Source: Myxococcales bacterium (GTDB lineage: Bacteria; Myxococcota_A; Polyangia; Polyangiales; Houyiibacteriaceae). From it: DNA of 60,481 nucleotides. The DNA lies in contig JAHELW010000003.1 of the NCBI GenBank assembly GCA_024643985.1, positions 1 to 60,481 of the forward strand. Reading direction: 5' to 3'. The position numbers and the translations under genes were made by a program. A model generated the notes under the pieces. The model saw nothing but the letters and a program-made list of their open reading frames with translations. It searched no databases and was not told the DNA's origin. How positions within the stretch are numbered: the first letter of the stretch is position 1; the number at the start of each line of letters is the position of its first letter. Below, one piece after another: positions 8,819 to 18,051 of this stretch.

Positions 8819-10815
8819 GGGCCCGCCATCTTCGCGACCCGCAGGACCTCGGAAACGCTCCACGCCTGCGCCGGCGCCCCGCCGGGGCGGTGTGGGGCAT
8901 TCCCATCGAACACCTCTCCTACCTGGCCGATGCAGCCCTCCGTGCGAAGATGTGCGCTCAGCGCGGCGAGCACCGGCATCATTTCTTCGCGCGCGGCCTC
9001 CTGCCCCTCGACTGCGGTCACCGCGTCGGCGTAAAGACCGAGGAGCCAAGGCCAGACCGTTCCCTGATGATACGCGCGGTCGCGGTCCGTCTGGCCACCG
9101 CGGTAGAACGGCTGGTATGCCGGATCGTCCGGCGAAAGCGTGCGTAGCCCGACCGGCGTGAGAAGCTTCTCGCGCACCGCCGCAAGCGCTCGCTGCTTGT
9201 GCGCCTTTTGCATCGGTATGCCGGGAAGCAAGAGCGCCCAAAGCTGATTGGGTCGCAGCTTTCCGTCGGGCTGATGTCCGTCGTGCGTGTCGGTCAAGAA
9301 GCCTGCATCTTGAAGCCAGAACTTTTCCTCGAAGTGATCGGACAGTTTCTTCGTGGTTTCACCCCACTTCTCCACGAATTCGGGGCGCAGCTTTTTCGCC
9401 CAGCGGAGCCCGGCGTGCAGGCCGGACAGCCAAAGTGCGTTGAGGTCGACCGCGTAGCCCTGCCTCGGGGTCACGGCGCGACCGTCGACGAGGGCGTCCA
9501 TCCACGTGAGCGCCCAAGGGCCGTGGTCGACGAACAGAAACCCTTCGGGGTCGACGTGAACGCGCGGGTCCGCGCCTGCCGCGATCCGCTCGATCAAATC
9601 GAGGCAGCTCTTCTGCAGCTCCGTAACGCGCCGGCTGCGGGTCCGTTTGCTCGTCAGCGCCGTGGCCCAGATGAAGAGCAGCGATGCATCGATGGCCTCG
9701 GCGTTCGACGGAACGTCCCCGCTCTGCGGGATGTTCGGGACCAGGCCGTTTTCGAGCCGGCCCGCCAGTGACTCGAGAATGTCGAGCGCTTTACCGATTT
9801 CGTCTCGCGCCAAGCAGAGGCCCGGGAGCGCGATCAGCGCGTCTCGAGACCATTCCCCAAACCAGGGATATCCGGCGATTACCCCGGTTCGGCCGTCCGT
9901 GAGCTCGACGAGGTACGCCTCGGCAGCGTCATCGAGCTCCTGCACGAAAGAACGCTGACGCGAAGAGACGGCGCTCAGCATCTGGCCCTCGTGCGAGCTT
10001 GGCGGCTCCGTGCCCAGCCGGATGGAGAAGGAACAGTCTTGCTCCACGCGCAGGCGGAACTCGCCAGGTGTGAAGAGATCCTCGGCATCGTCGTAGCCGC
10101 GATCGTGCTCCCACGCGTAGTGCACCCCCTCATACCAGTGACCGTCCGAGTGAAAGCCACCGGTGGCGCCGTGCATGCTCATGACGAGCGCGGGCACGTT
10201 TTTGTAGGGGTGCATCACGGCCCGGAGAGAGTCGCCGTCGTCGATGTCGACCTGGCCATTCATGAACGGATTGGCGAACGTCAGCTCGTGAATCGGGCGG
10301 CAACGAATCAGCGGCCGCAGCCGGAGGCTGACGGGCCCCGTCGAGCCCTCGATGGAGTACCGGACCCACACGGCGTCGGCTCCGTCCTCCAACCAGAGCT
10401 CTCGCGTGACGGTCAGCCCCGAGAACCGATAGGTCCAGCGTGGCAACGGCTCGAACTGCACGAGGTGCTCGACACCCCTCGGCTCCACCGTATTGCCCCA
10501 ATCGTAGCTGTGGAGGGCAACCTCGTCGGGCTCGCCAACGTCGAACCACTCCTCGAGCTCGGCAACCATGTTGATGGGCTCGCCGACGCCCGGCTCGCGA
10601 ACCGTCAGCAGGCCGTGGTACTTCCGGCGCGGGCAGCGGTCGATCGCGCCCATCGCGAACGAGCCTCTGCCGTTGGTGGCGAGCCATTCGGCATCGGGCG
10701 TCGTGGCCGCAGCGCTGAGCCCGGCGGTATCGTCCGGGGCGCCCGGCGGCCGCGAAAGAAGGCGCAAACCGGACTCGTCGTCGGAGCGCGCAGGGAACCA
10801 ACTAGGCAGGATCAA
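8815..10815 (-). CDS. Glycogen debranching enzyme (amylo-alpha-1,6-glucosidase, GH133-like)
   Basis: EWLATNGRGSFA, RRKYHGLL, IAGYPWFGEWSRD, TWMDA, LRPNQL, GLRTLSP, YHQGTVWPWL, AQAWS. TTG start with GGAGG upstream. Confidence 0.9.
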   Translation of the reverse strand: MILPSWFPARSDDESGLRLLSRPPGAPDDTAGLSAAATTPDAEWLATNGRGSFAMGAIDRCPRRKYHGLLTVREPGVGEPINMVAELEEWFDVGEPDEVALHSYDWGNTVEPRGVEHLVQFEPLPRWTYRFSGLTVTRELWLEDGADAVWVRYSIEGSTGPVSLRLRPLIRCRPIHELTFANPFMNGQVDIDDGDSLRAVMHPYKNVPALVMSMHGATGGFHSDGHWYEGVHYAWEHDRGYDDAEDLFTPGEFRLRVEQDCSFSIRLGTEPPSSHEGQMLSAVSSRQRSFVQELDDAAEAYLVELTDGRTGVIAGYPWFGEWSRDALIALPGLCLARDEIGKALDILESLAGRLENGLVPNIPQSGDVPSNAEAIDASLLFIWATALTSKRTRSRRVTELQKSCLDLIERIAAGADPRVHVDPEGFLFVDHGPWALTWMDALVDGRAVTPRQGYAVDLNALWLSGLHAGLRWAKKLRPEFVEKWGETTKKLSDHFEEKFWLQDAGFLTDTHDGHQPDGKLRPNQLWALLLPGIPMQKAHKQRALAAVREKLLTPVGLRTLSPDDPAYQPFYRGGQTDRDRAYHQGTVWPWLLGLYADAVTAVEGQEAAREEMMPVLAALSAHLRTEGCIGQVGEVFDGNAPHRPGGAPAQAWSVSEVLRVAKMAGP

Positions 10816-10870
10816 TTCAAACTCCCCTCCAAGCCCGGGCAGGAGCCGGGCTTAAGAAGCCAACCGTCTA

Positions 10871-10887
10871 AGCAGGAGGCGTGCCAA
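10871..10887 (-). promoter_or_regulatory. Sigma-54 -24/-12 promoter of the glycogen operon
   Basis: Minus strand reads TTGGCACGCCTCCTGCT (TGGCACG-N4-CTGC, GG-N10-GC), about 55 bp upstream of the 10815 start. Confidence 0.7.
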
Positions 10888-10949
10888 AGCTTGTCGCGCA
10901 GGCTCGCCCATTTCAGTCACAAGTTGACAACATTCACAGTGGCTTAGGA

Positions 10950-10993
10950 CGCAAAGGCTGCGGTTTCAAGAGGAGAGCGCGCAAGCAGTGCGC
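10950..10993. promoter_or_regulatory. Paired enhancer-binding-protein sites CGCA-N5-TGCG
   Basis: CGCAAAGGCTGCG (10950-10962) and GCGCAAGCAGTGCGC (10979-10993), 30 bp apart, upstream of the sigma-54 box. Confidence 0.6.
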
Positions 10994-10997
10994 GTGG

Positions 10998-12266
10998 CTA
11001 TGCGCGCGTCTCGTGCCACGCTCGCTCCAGCGCCTCCTGGTCGTCTGGGTGTGCGATCGAGATCAGCAGCTGAGCGCGCTCGTTGAGCGTCTTTCCGTAG
11101 AGATCGACCGCGCCGTTCTCGGTAATGACGAACCGGACGTGTGCTCGGGTCGTGACCACACCCGCCCCGGCCCGCAGCGCTGGCACGATTCGGGGAACCC
11201 CCTTCGCGCTACGGCTCGTCAGCGCGATGATCGGCTTGCCGCCCTCCGACGTCAACGCACCGCGGATGAAGTCCATCTGGCCGCCCACGCCCGAAATCAC
11301 GCGGTGCCCAATCGAATCCGCGCAGACCTGCCCGGTGAGGTCGATTTCGATGGCCGAGTTGATCGCGGTCACCTTCGGGTTTCGATTGATCACGTTGACC
11401 CGATTCACGTAGCCGATGTCGTATTGGGTGACCCTCGGGTTGTCGTCGATGAACTCGTAGAGCCGCTTCGTGCCCACGACGAAACCGGACACCGTTCGAC
11501 CCGGATGGACTACTTTCCGGCTGTTGTCGACCGCCCCGCACTCGAGCAAGGGAAGAAGGCCGTCCGACCACATTTCGGTATGTACCCCCAGATGGCGATG
11601 GCTCGTGAGTGAGGCCAGCACCGCGTCGGGAACCGCTCCGATGCCCATCTGGAGCGTCGCTCCGTCTTCGATGAGCTGAGCCGCGTGGTGCCCGATCGCG
11701 CGCTCCTCGTCGCTTGCCGGGGCCGGTGGAGACTCCGGAAGCGGCGCATCGTGCTCGACCAGCCAGTCGAGCTCGTCGATGTGGACGAAACCGTCGCCGT
11801 GCACCCTCGGCATGTGGCGATTGACCTGTGCGATGACCACTTTCGCGGAATCGACAGCGGCCCGCGCAACGTCCACGGACACGCCGAGACTGCAGTACCC
11901 GCGCTTGTCGGGTGGCGAAACTTGAACGAGGGCGATGTCGAGCGCTCGGCGTCCCGAGCGAAACAACTGGGGGATCTCCGAGAGAAAGCAGGGGAGATAG
12001 TCCACTCGGTCTCCGTCGAGCTGCCCGCGCATGTTGTGTCCGACGAAGAGGTTTGCGACGCGAAAGGAGCGAGCGTACTCGGGCCTTGCATAGGCAGCGT
12101 CGCCCGAGGTGTGTAGATGGATGAGCTCCACGTCCCTCAGACGGCTGGTCTCGCCGAGCAGTGCGTCGACCAGGGCGAGCGGCGTGGCGGCCCCACCGTG
12201 AACGAAAACCCTTTGGTTGGAGTTGATGTGGTTGACCGCTTCATCGGCGGCGCAGAGCTTCGACAT
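10998..12266 (-). CDS. Acetyl-CoA hydrolase / 4-hydroxybutyrate CoA-transferase family
   Basis: VFVHGGAATP, DGATLQMGIGAVP, LGVHTEM, INSAIEIDLTGQVCADSIG, SGVGGQMDF, GAGVVTTR. Confidence 0.9.
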   Translation of the reverse strand: MSKLCAADEAVNHINSNQRVFVHGGAATPLALVDALLGETSRLRDVELIHLHTSGDAAYARPEYARSFRVANLFVGHNMRGQLDGDRVDYLPCFLSEIPQLFRSGRRALDIALVQVSPPDKRGYCSLGVSVDVARAAVDSAKVVIAQVNRHMPRVHGDGFVHIDELDWLVEHDAPLPESPPAPASDEERAIGHHAAQLIEDGATLQMGIGAVPDAVLASLTSHRHLGVHTEMWSDGLLPLLECGAVDNSRKVVHPGRTVSGFVVGTKRLYEFIDDNPRVTQYDIGYVNRVNVINRNPKVTAINSAIEIDLTGQVCADSIGHRVISGVGGQMDFIRGALTSEGGKPIIALTSRSAKGVPRIVPALRAGAGVVTTRAHVRFVITENGAVDLYGKTLNERAQLLISIAHPDDQEALERAWHETRA

Positions 12267-12274
12267 GGGACAGA

Positions 12275-12559
12275 CTACTCCGGGGTGTTGGGTTCGGGCT
12301 CGGGCTCGGGAGCCGGCTCGGGCGAAGTGGGCGGGTCCGGCCGCCGCTCGAGGTCGACCTCGAGGACCGGGTAGGCCTCGGGCTGCGTCATCGAGCCGGA
12401 GGTTCTCTCGACGTTTCCAATCGGCGGCTCGACCTTGGTCTCCGGCTCGTACTCTCTTGCTTGACCCATTTCGGTCCCTTGCGCGCCCCGGACGCGGCCG
12501 CTCGCGCAGCCAAGTGCGACGACGAGCAGTAGAGACGCGCACGCGAAGAGTGCTCTCAT
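12275..12559 (-). CDS. Small hypothetical lipoprotein with Pro/Glu-rich tail
   Basis: MRALFACASLLLVVALGC lipobox-like signal; packed tightly between its neighbours in the operon. Confidence 0.55.
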   Translation of the reverse strand: MRALFACASLLLVVALGCASGRVRGAQGTEMGQAREYEPETKVEPPIGNVERTSGSMTQPEAYPVLEVDLERRPDPPTSPEPAPEPEPEPNTPE

Positions 12560-12561
12560 GG

Positions 12562-13365
12562 TCACTGGTGTGCCTTTCGTCGCTCTTCGGCGGTCAAGAG
12601 TGGCTTCACTTCGAGCATCGTGTGGCATTGATTGCAGGCCGCCAGCAGTTGGCCGAAGATCTGTGCCTGCCCCCACGCCGTCGGCTCATCCTCGACCTCC
12701 TCGCCGGGCCGCGGAACGTACTCGTCTTCCCGAACTTTCCCCTCGACGGCCGCCGCAAATGCGAGGTCGTGAACCTCGTAGGCCAGTCGGGTCACTCCGT
12801 CGTGGCTCTCTTGATCCGGGTCGCGCGAGCCGTGCAGGGGCGCTTCGGCCAGCACCTCGGCGGCCGCCTGAAAGCCCGACGTGGAGTCCGCAAGGAGCGA
12901 CTCCCACATTCGCTCGGTTGCCCAATAGTGCCGACGCATGTGCATCTCGAGGTCCTCTCCCTCCGGACTCGGCTCGAGCTCGATCGGAGGGCCTCGGTCG
13001 AGCGCGTGATGGCACTGTCCGCATGCGTACGAAAGCCTGGCGAACGCCATGCACGCTTCCTCGAGGTCGCTCGCCTCTCGCGCTTCCTCCGCGAGCTCCT
13101 TCGTGAGCCGCGCATATTCCTTGCCCTGCTCCGGAGTCGGGACGTGCTTCATGAAAAACACGAGCTTTCGCATCGCTTGCTGAGCCACCTCGAGCTCTCC
13201 GCGGATCAGTGCATTTCGGGCAGCCACGGAGAGCGCTGCGTGCTCTTGCATGACCTGGTCGAAGCCGGCGGGCGTACCGAGCTCCCCGGACTGCTTTCGC
13301 GGCTCGCACTCGCAGCCTCCTGACAGCGCAACCGTCAACCCCATCGCAATGGCCCGCCCCAGCAT
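12562..13365 (-). CDS. Di-heme c-type cytochrome, probable lipoprotein
   Basis: Two CxxCH motifs (CGQCH, CNQCH), each at the end of a helical half; N-terminal hydrophobic stretch ending LSGGC. Confidence 0.7.
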   Translation of the reverse strand: MLGRAIAMGLTVALSGGCECEPRKQSGELGTPAGFDQVMQEHAALSVAARNALIRGELEVAQQAMRKLVFFMKHVPTPEQGKEYARLTKELAEEAREASDLEEACMAFARLSYACGQCHHALDRGPPIELEPSPEGEDLEMHMRRHYWATERMWESLLADSTSGFQAAAEVLAEAPLHGSRDPDQESHDGVTRLAYEVHDLAFAAAVEGKVREDEYVPRPGEEVEDEPTAWGQAQIFGQLLAACNQCHTMLEVKPLLTAEERRKAHQ

Positions 13366-13370
13366 GGATC

Positions 13371-14267
13371 TCAGGGGGCGTCGTCGTGCGTGAGCAGGAG
13401 AGGCACCGGGCTGTCGTGGAGCAGCCGTCGAGCCACGCTGCCGATGAGGAGCCGCTCGATTCCGCTCTTGCCGGTCGTCCCTGCGCAGATCAGCGTGGCT
13501 CCCACGTCGGCCGCAACCTTCAAGATGCCGTCGGCCGGGTCTCCGGTGACGAGATGGGTCTGCACGTCCTTGGCGTCGTCGGGGAACATGGCCTTGGCAT
13601 CGGCTTCGAGCATGTCTTGAAGGCCGAGTCGAAGCGCCTCGCGGCGCTTTTCGGCAGCCTCGCCGACGACTGCGCCCCGGTCGGTGTACTCGCCCCACAC
13701 GTCGAGATAGCTGTGAACCAGGTGCAGTGGCCCCGGCTCGGCGCAGTGAATCGCTTGCGCGACCTCCGCTGCTCGTTTGGCGGGTCCCGAGAAATCGTAG
13801 GAGATGACGACCGAAGTTGGCGCCGTTCCGCCCTGGGTCGGCACGATGATGATCGGGGTGTGAACCGTCTTGATGACTCGCTCGGTGACGCTTCCGTACA
13901 TCAGCTTGGTGACCCCCGTCCGGCCATGGGTGCCGACGATTACGAGGTCGACGTCGTGCTCCTTGGCATAGTCCCGAATCACTTCGTGAACGGTGCCCTC
14001 GCGAATCGCGGTGAAGTGCTCTATGCCCGCGGCCGCGATCCCTTTGGCCTGCGAATCGAGCGCGTCCTGCGCGTCATTCAGGATTCGGGTGACCGCCTCG
14101 GGCCCCGGGCTGTAGCTCAAATCCATGAGCAGATACGTCGGGATCACCGGTGTGTGCAGCAGGTGTAGCTTCGCCGAGCAGTGCTTCGCGAGGTCGATTG
14201 CATAGTCGACCGCATGTTGTGCGTTCTCGGAGAAATCCGTAGGAACCAAGATCTGTTTGATTTGCAT
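13371..14267 (-). CDS. Universal stress protein, tandem UspA domains
   Basis: ILVPTDFS...VIVGTHGRTG...GSVTERV; second domain YDFS...GTTGKSG...GSVARRL. Confidence 0.9.
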   Translation of the reverse strand: MQIKQILVPTDFSENAQHAVDYAIDLAKHCSAKLHLLHTPVIPTYLLMDLSYSPGPEAVTRILNDAQDALDSQAKGIAAAGIEHFTAIREGTVHEVIRDYAKEHDVDLVIVGTHGRTGVTKLMYGSVTERVIKTVHTPIIIVPTQGGTAPTSVVISYDFSGPAKRAAEVAQAIHCAEPGPLHLVHSYLDVWGEYTDRGAVVGEAAEKRREALRLGLQDMLEADAKAMFPDDAKDVQTHLVTGDPADGILKVAADVGATLICAGTTGKSGIERLLIGSVARRLLHDSPVPLLLTHDDAP

Positions 14268-14300
14268 GCCGTGTCTCTCGCTAGGTGGCTCGAAAGCTCG

Positions 14301-14762
14301 CTAACCGCCGAAGGTATCGCTTGGAATGAGGTTATCGCGTAGCAGCTTCTCGTTCACGTATTCCCGCTCCTCTTCCTCGATGTCGCTTCGCAACATGTCC
14401 GCGAGCCTTTCGACGCTCGCAGCGAGGTCGTCCGTCGAGCTAGCCTCCCGGATCTGGTCGACGAGGCGGTCCAACTCCTGACGCTGCTCGGCGTGCTCGG
14501 CATGGAGATGCCGCACCCGCTCCGGTCCGAAACCGTCCGCCTCGTTGATGGCGGGCACCATGTGGGCCTCTTCGAAGCTCATGTGAAGCTCCAGAATCCC
14601 CCGCAGCGCGTATGCGGCTCGCTTCACCTGGCCTGCGTCGACCTTTCCATCGGCGAGGTGGGCAACGCCGGCTTCGAGCTCGGAGAGCATCTGTTCGATT
14701 TCGCGATGCTGGCTCAGGACCTTCCGCCGCACTTCGGAGGGCATCAACGCTTCGTCGCTCAT
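14301..14762 (-). CDS. Hemerythrin (HHE) domain protein
   Basis: QHREI...LHMSFEE...EHAEQR...DIEEEE pattern; RBS GGGAGG before ATG 14762. Confidence 0.75.
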   Translation of the reverse strand: MSDEALMPSEVRRKVLSQHREIEQMLSELEAGVAHLADGKVDAGQVKRAAYALRGILELHMSFEEAHMVPAINEADGFGPERVRHLHAEHAEQRQELDRLVDQIREASSTDDLAASVERLADMLRSDIEEEEREYVNEKLLRDNLIPSDTFGG

Positions 14763-14803
14763 GTGTTCCTCCCGTTTCTCACATCGTTTGCTCTCGAAGG
14801 TAC

Positions 14804-14820
14804 TGCAAACTCTACGCCAA
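14804..14820 (-). promoter_or_regulatory. Sigma-54 promoter of the hemerythrin-usp-cytochrome c-CoA transferase operon
   Basis: Minus strand reads TTGGCGTAGAGTTTGCA (GG-N10-GC, TTGCA at -12). Confidence 0.7.
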
Positions 14821-14850
14821 TGATGTAGCAGCAATTGGCTTCACGCGACA

Positions 14851-14892
14851 CGCAACTTCTGCGCGGCGCGGGAATCTTTCGCAGAACATGCG
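14851..14892. promoter_or_regulatory. Paired enhancer-binding-protein sites CGCA-N5-TGCG between divergent sigma-54 promoters
   Basis: CGCAACTTCTGCG (14851-14863) and CGCAGAACATGCG (14880-14892), 29 bp apart. Confidence 0.6.
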
Positions 14893-14933
14893 TGTTTTTC
14901 GCTATGCTCTACCGCTAGAACCGTACCTCCGGC

Positions 14934-14950
14934 TTGGCACGGAGCTTGAT
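14934..14950 (+). promoter_or_regulatory. Probable sigma-54 promoter of the usp-usp pair
   Basis: TTGGCACGGAGCTTGAT: perfect -24 element, but -12 is TTGA rather than TTGC. Confidence 0.5.
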
Positions 14951-14967
14951 ACGGATAAGGGGTGCAC

Positions 14968-15447
14968 ATGGACCAGCCTCGAACCATTCTCGTCGGCACC
15001 GATTTCTCCGACATCTCGGACGAGGCGCTCCGCGCGGCGTCTCTCTATGCGCGGACGTTCAACTCGCGTGTCCTCGTCACGCACGTCTTCGACCCGACGC
15101 CGAACGTCCCGCCGGTCGTGTGGTCCCGTCCGGATCTTCTCGAGCGAAACATTCGCGTCGAAATCGAGGAGGCGATCCGCGAGACCCTGACCGGCAAGAC
15201 CGCCGAGCTGTTGCAGGGTGTTGCCGAAGTGGAGCTGAGCGTGATTCAGCATCCATCGCCCGGCCGCGCTCTGGTCGAGATGGCGGAAGACGAAGATGTC
15301 GACCTGGTAATCCTCGGCTCTCACGGACGGAGCGGCCTTTCTCGTGCCTTTCTCGGCAGCGTCGCCGAGCGGGTCGTCCGTCACGCGCCTTGCCCGGTCT
15401 TGGTGGTCCGCGGTCGCTGCGATCACGAGCCAAAGGAGGGAGAGTAG
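14968..15447 (+). CDS. Universal stress protein (UspA)
   Basis: ILVGTDFS...VILGSHGRSG...FLGSVAERVVRHAPCPVLVV. Alternative GTG start at 14962. Confidence 0.9.
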   Translation: MDQPRTILVGTDFSDISDEALRAASLYARTFNSRVLVTHVFDPTPNVPPVVWSRPDLLERNIRVEIEEAIRETLTGKTAELLQGVAEVELSVIQHPSPGRALVEMAEDEDVDLVILGSHGRSGLSRAFLGSVAERVVRHAPCPVLVVRGRCDHEPKEGE

Positions 15448-15450
15448 CCA

Positions 15451-15861
15451 GTGTCGTTGATCCCACGTTTGGTAGTCGCGTACGATTTCTCCGATCCCGC
15501 GCGGCGTGCGTTCGAGCTGGCCGTGTTCATGGGACGTCAGCTCGATGCGGCGGTGCACGTGGTGACCGTGCTGGACTCCAAAGAGTCCGACGCCGAAGTC
15601 GCGAGCAAAGAGCTCGAGGACCTGCGTCAGCTGCTCGAGATGCGAACCTGCGGCACCGTCACGGCCGACGACGTGAAGCTCGAGTGCCACGCCTTGGTGG
15701 GCGAGCCCGCAGACGCGATCGTCGACATGGCGCGCGAGCTCGACGCTCCGCTGATCATTTGCGGAACGACGGGCAAAGGAGCGGTCGCTCGGACTCTGCT
15801 CGGCAGCGTGTCGCACGAGCTCGTGCACAAGAGCGGTGCGATCGTGATGTCCGTGCCCTGA
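15451..15861 (+). CDS. Universal stress protein (UspA)
   Basis: LVVAYDFS...CGTTGKG...LLGSVSHELV. Confidence 0.85.
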   Translation: MSLIPRLVVAYDFSDPARRAFELAVFMGRQLDAAVHVVTVLDSKESDAEVASKELEDLRQLLEMRTCGTVTADDVKLECHALVGEPADAIVDMARELDAPLIICGTTGKGAVARTLLGSVSHELVHKSGAIVMSVP

Positions 15862-15870
15862 GACGGCGCG

Positions 15871-17259
15871 CTAAGAGCCGGGGCCGACGAACGGCGCCTC
15901 GACGATGCGGCTCCCCTTGCGCTCGTCGTGCCCCTCCATCGAGATCGTCAGCCGAAGCTTGATACCCGGCTTCATTTCGTCGGCAGACAGCATGGCGAGG
16001 ATCGGCAGATAGGTGCTTCCAAGCGAGTCGAGCTCGACGCGCGTCTGGGGAATGATGTACTCGATGCCGGTCTCGCTCTCGGGCTCGACCAGGAATACCT
16101 GACGGTCGGACGTCTTGTTCACGAGGTGAATGCGGACGGAGTTACGCACCTGCCCATCGACGACTGCAAAAGGCGCCCCCTCGTGCCGGAGCACGTTGGC
16201 CTCGAACGCTGAGCTCTGCGCGAACGCGAAGACCGCTCCGACGAGCCAAAGGGTTGCGATACCGCCATAGAAAAGTAGACGGGGACGGCTCATGCGCTTC
16301 GACTTGCCCTCGAGGCCGTTGAGCGAATCGTAACGGACCAGCCCCTGCGGGCGGTCGATTTTGGCCATGATTTCGTCGCAGGCGTCGACGCAGGCGGCGC
16401 AGCCCACGCATTCCATTTGGAGGCCGTTTCGAATGTCGATTCCGGTGGGGCAGACGACCACGCAGCGTTTGCAGTCGATGCAGTCGCCATTGCTCGGATC
16501 GCTCGCTTTGCCGCGCGGTTCGCCGCGGTTGTAGTCGTAGCCGATGACCATCGTGTCCCGGTCGGTCATCGCCGACTGCAGGCGGCCGTAGGGGCAGATA
16601 ATCAAACAGAGCTGCTCCCGGAACCATGCGAAGTTGAACCAGAGGATCGCCGACATCACGATCACCCACGTGAACGCCGTCGGGTGCTCGGCAGGGCTAC
16701 GCTGCACCATGTCGACCAGCGATGGAAGCGAGACGAAGTAGCTGATGAACACGTGCGAGAGCGACAGCGCGATGACGATGTAGACCGCGTGCTTCAGCGT
16801 CTTGCGCCAGAGCTTGTCGAACGTGAGACCGGCTGCGTTGCGGCGTAGCCGCTGCGCGCGAGGGCCTTCGATGAGTCGCTCGATTCGCCGGAACACGCCT
16901 TCGAGGAACACCGTGTGCGGACATGCGTACCCGCACCAAAGCCGGCCCTTGACGGCGGTCACGACGACGAGCGTCAAGCCGATGCCGCTCAGGAGGAAGA
17001 ACATCAGCCAGAAGTCCTGAGCGTTGAACACCCCGCCGAACAAGTAGAACCGGCGATTCACGATGTCCATGAAGACCGCGGGATGCCCGCCGATCTTCAC
17101 GAACGGCAGGAGCACGTAGATCGCGATCAGGGCTGCGAAGATGATGTAGCGGAGCCGCGTGAAGCGGCCCTTCACGTCCGCGGGGTGAACGTAGTTGCGG
17201 CTGCCGTCCGAACGAATAGAGCTAGCGTGTTCGTCTACGACTGGCAGCCTCGTCGTCAT
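15871..17259 (-). CDS. ccoG: cbb3 oxidase accessory 4Fe-4S protein CcoG
   Basis: GRLWCGYACP, REQLCLIICPYGRLQS, CIDCKRCVVVCPTGIDIR, ECVGCAACVDAC. Confidence 0.93.
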   Translation of the reverse strand: MTTRLPVVDEHASSIRSDGSRNYVHPADVKGRFTRLRYIIFAALIAIYVLLPFVKIGGHPAVFMDIVNRRFYLFGGVFNAQDFWLMFFLLSGIGLTLVVVTAVKGRLWCGYACPHTVFLEGVFRRIERLIEGPRAQRLRRNAAGLTFDKLWRKTLKHAVYIVIALSLSHVFISYFVSLPSLVDMVQRSPAEHPTAFTWVIVMSAILWFNFAWFREQLCLIICPYGRLQSAMTDRDTMVIGYDYNRGEPRGKASDPSNGDCIDCKRCVVVCPTGIDIRNGLQMECVGCAACVDACDEIMAKIDRPQGLVRYDSLNGLEGKSKRMSRPRLLFYGGIATLWLVGAVFAFAQSSAFEANVLRHEGAPFAVVDGQVRNSVRIHLVNKTSDRQVFLVEPESETGIEYIIPQTRVELDSLGSTYLPILAMLSADEMKPGIKLRLTISMEGHDERKGSRIVEAPFVGPGS

Positions 17260-17873
17260 GGGTCGCTTTTAGGGTCACCCGCTTCGTCGGCAACTGCATC
17301 GCCGCCGGGTTCCCACACCTTTGCATTCTCTTCGACGGGCTTGCCACCCTCCAGGTTCGTGTTTCGCATCGTCAGCACGTATGCGACCACTTGATTCACG
17401 CCGGTTTCACCGAGAATCGGAGCCCACGGCGGCATCCCCTTGGCCGCGATGCCGTTCGTGACGATCGCGTGGATGTTCGTCGGCGCCCCGCCGTATACCC
17501 AGTATTCATCGGTGAGGTTCGAACCAAGTCCGACTCGGCCCTGACCCTTGTCGTGACAAGCCGAGCATTGCGCCGTGAAGATCTCTTTCCCTGCGGCGAC
17601 CGCCGTCTCGTCGAGCGCGAGCGCATCGAGCGATTCGTCGGTCACGATGCTTCGCTCGGCCTCGGCCGCGGCGACTGCGTCGGCGTACTTCTCCGGCTGA
17701 AGCTTTCCGATGGAGTACTCGTGGTAGTAGAACCAATACACCAAGCCGAAGGCGATAGCGCCGTAGAACGTCAGCAGCCACCACGTTGGGAGGTTGTTGT
17801 CGGCTTCCTCGATGTCGTCATAGACGTGCAGGATCTCGCCTTGTATTTCGTCGGTTCGCTTGCCCTCACTCAT
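17256..17873 (-). CDS. ccoP: cbb3 oxidase subunit III (mono-heme CcoP)
   Basis: HVYDDIEEADNNLPTWW N-terminal motif, a single CSACH, NLTDEYW, GMPPW. Confidence 0.88.
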   Translation of the reverse strand: MSEGKRTDEIQGEILHVYDDIEEADNNLPTWWLLTFYGAIAFGLVYWFYYHEYSIGKLQPEKYADAVAAAEAERSIVTDESLDALALDETAVAAGKEIFTAQCSACHDKGQGRVGLGSNLTDEYWVYGGAPTNIHAIVTNGIAAKGMPPWAPILGETGVNQVVAYVLTMRNTNLEGGKPVEENAKVWEPGGDAVADEAGDPKSDP

Positions 17874-18051
17874 GGGGTACCTCCAGCTCCTCTTCGAGCG
17901 GAATGCGTGCGTTGTGATCCACCTCTGATTTGCTCATTCGCAGCACGCGAATGACCACGACCAGGAACACCGTGAAAAACAGAAGCAGAGCCAGCACCGG
18001 GTAGAGGAGCGCGGGGCTCTGCGCGAAAAATTCAGCGGCAAAACGGCTCAT
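17866..18051 (-). CDS. ccoQ: cbb3 oxidase subunit IV CcoQ
   Basis: 61 aa, single TM helix, ARIPLEE motif, located between ccoO and ccoP. Confidence 0.75.
   Translation of the reverse strand: MSRFAAEFFAQSPALLYPVLALLLFFTVFLVVVIRVLRMSKSEVDHNARIPLEEELEVPHE

Noticed and set aside
6127-9241. ORF-track N-terminal extensions (starts 6309, 8159, 9241) suggesting large overlaps or frameshifts in the glycogen operon
   Set aside because: Family-typical N-termini begin at 6126, 7325 and 8818, with ATGA coupling or a 2-bp gap; no frameshift is needed.
10923-10938. CRP/FNR-like GTTGA-N6-TCACA upstream of the glycogen operon
   Set aside because: Only one good half-site. The position between enhancer sites and the sigma-54 box fits an AT-rich bending region equally well.
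12275-12340. GGCTCG-type short repeats
   Set aside because: They encode the PEPAPEPEPEP low-complexity tail of a lipoprotein and are not a DNA-level element.
14946-14959. FNR-like TTGAT-N4-ATAAG
   Set aside because: Two mismatches, and it coincides with the -12 element and the translation start region; better explained as part of the sigma-54 promoter.
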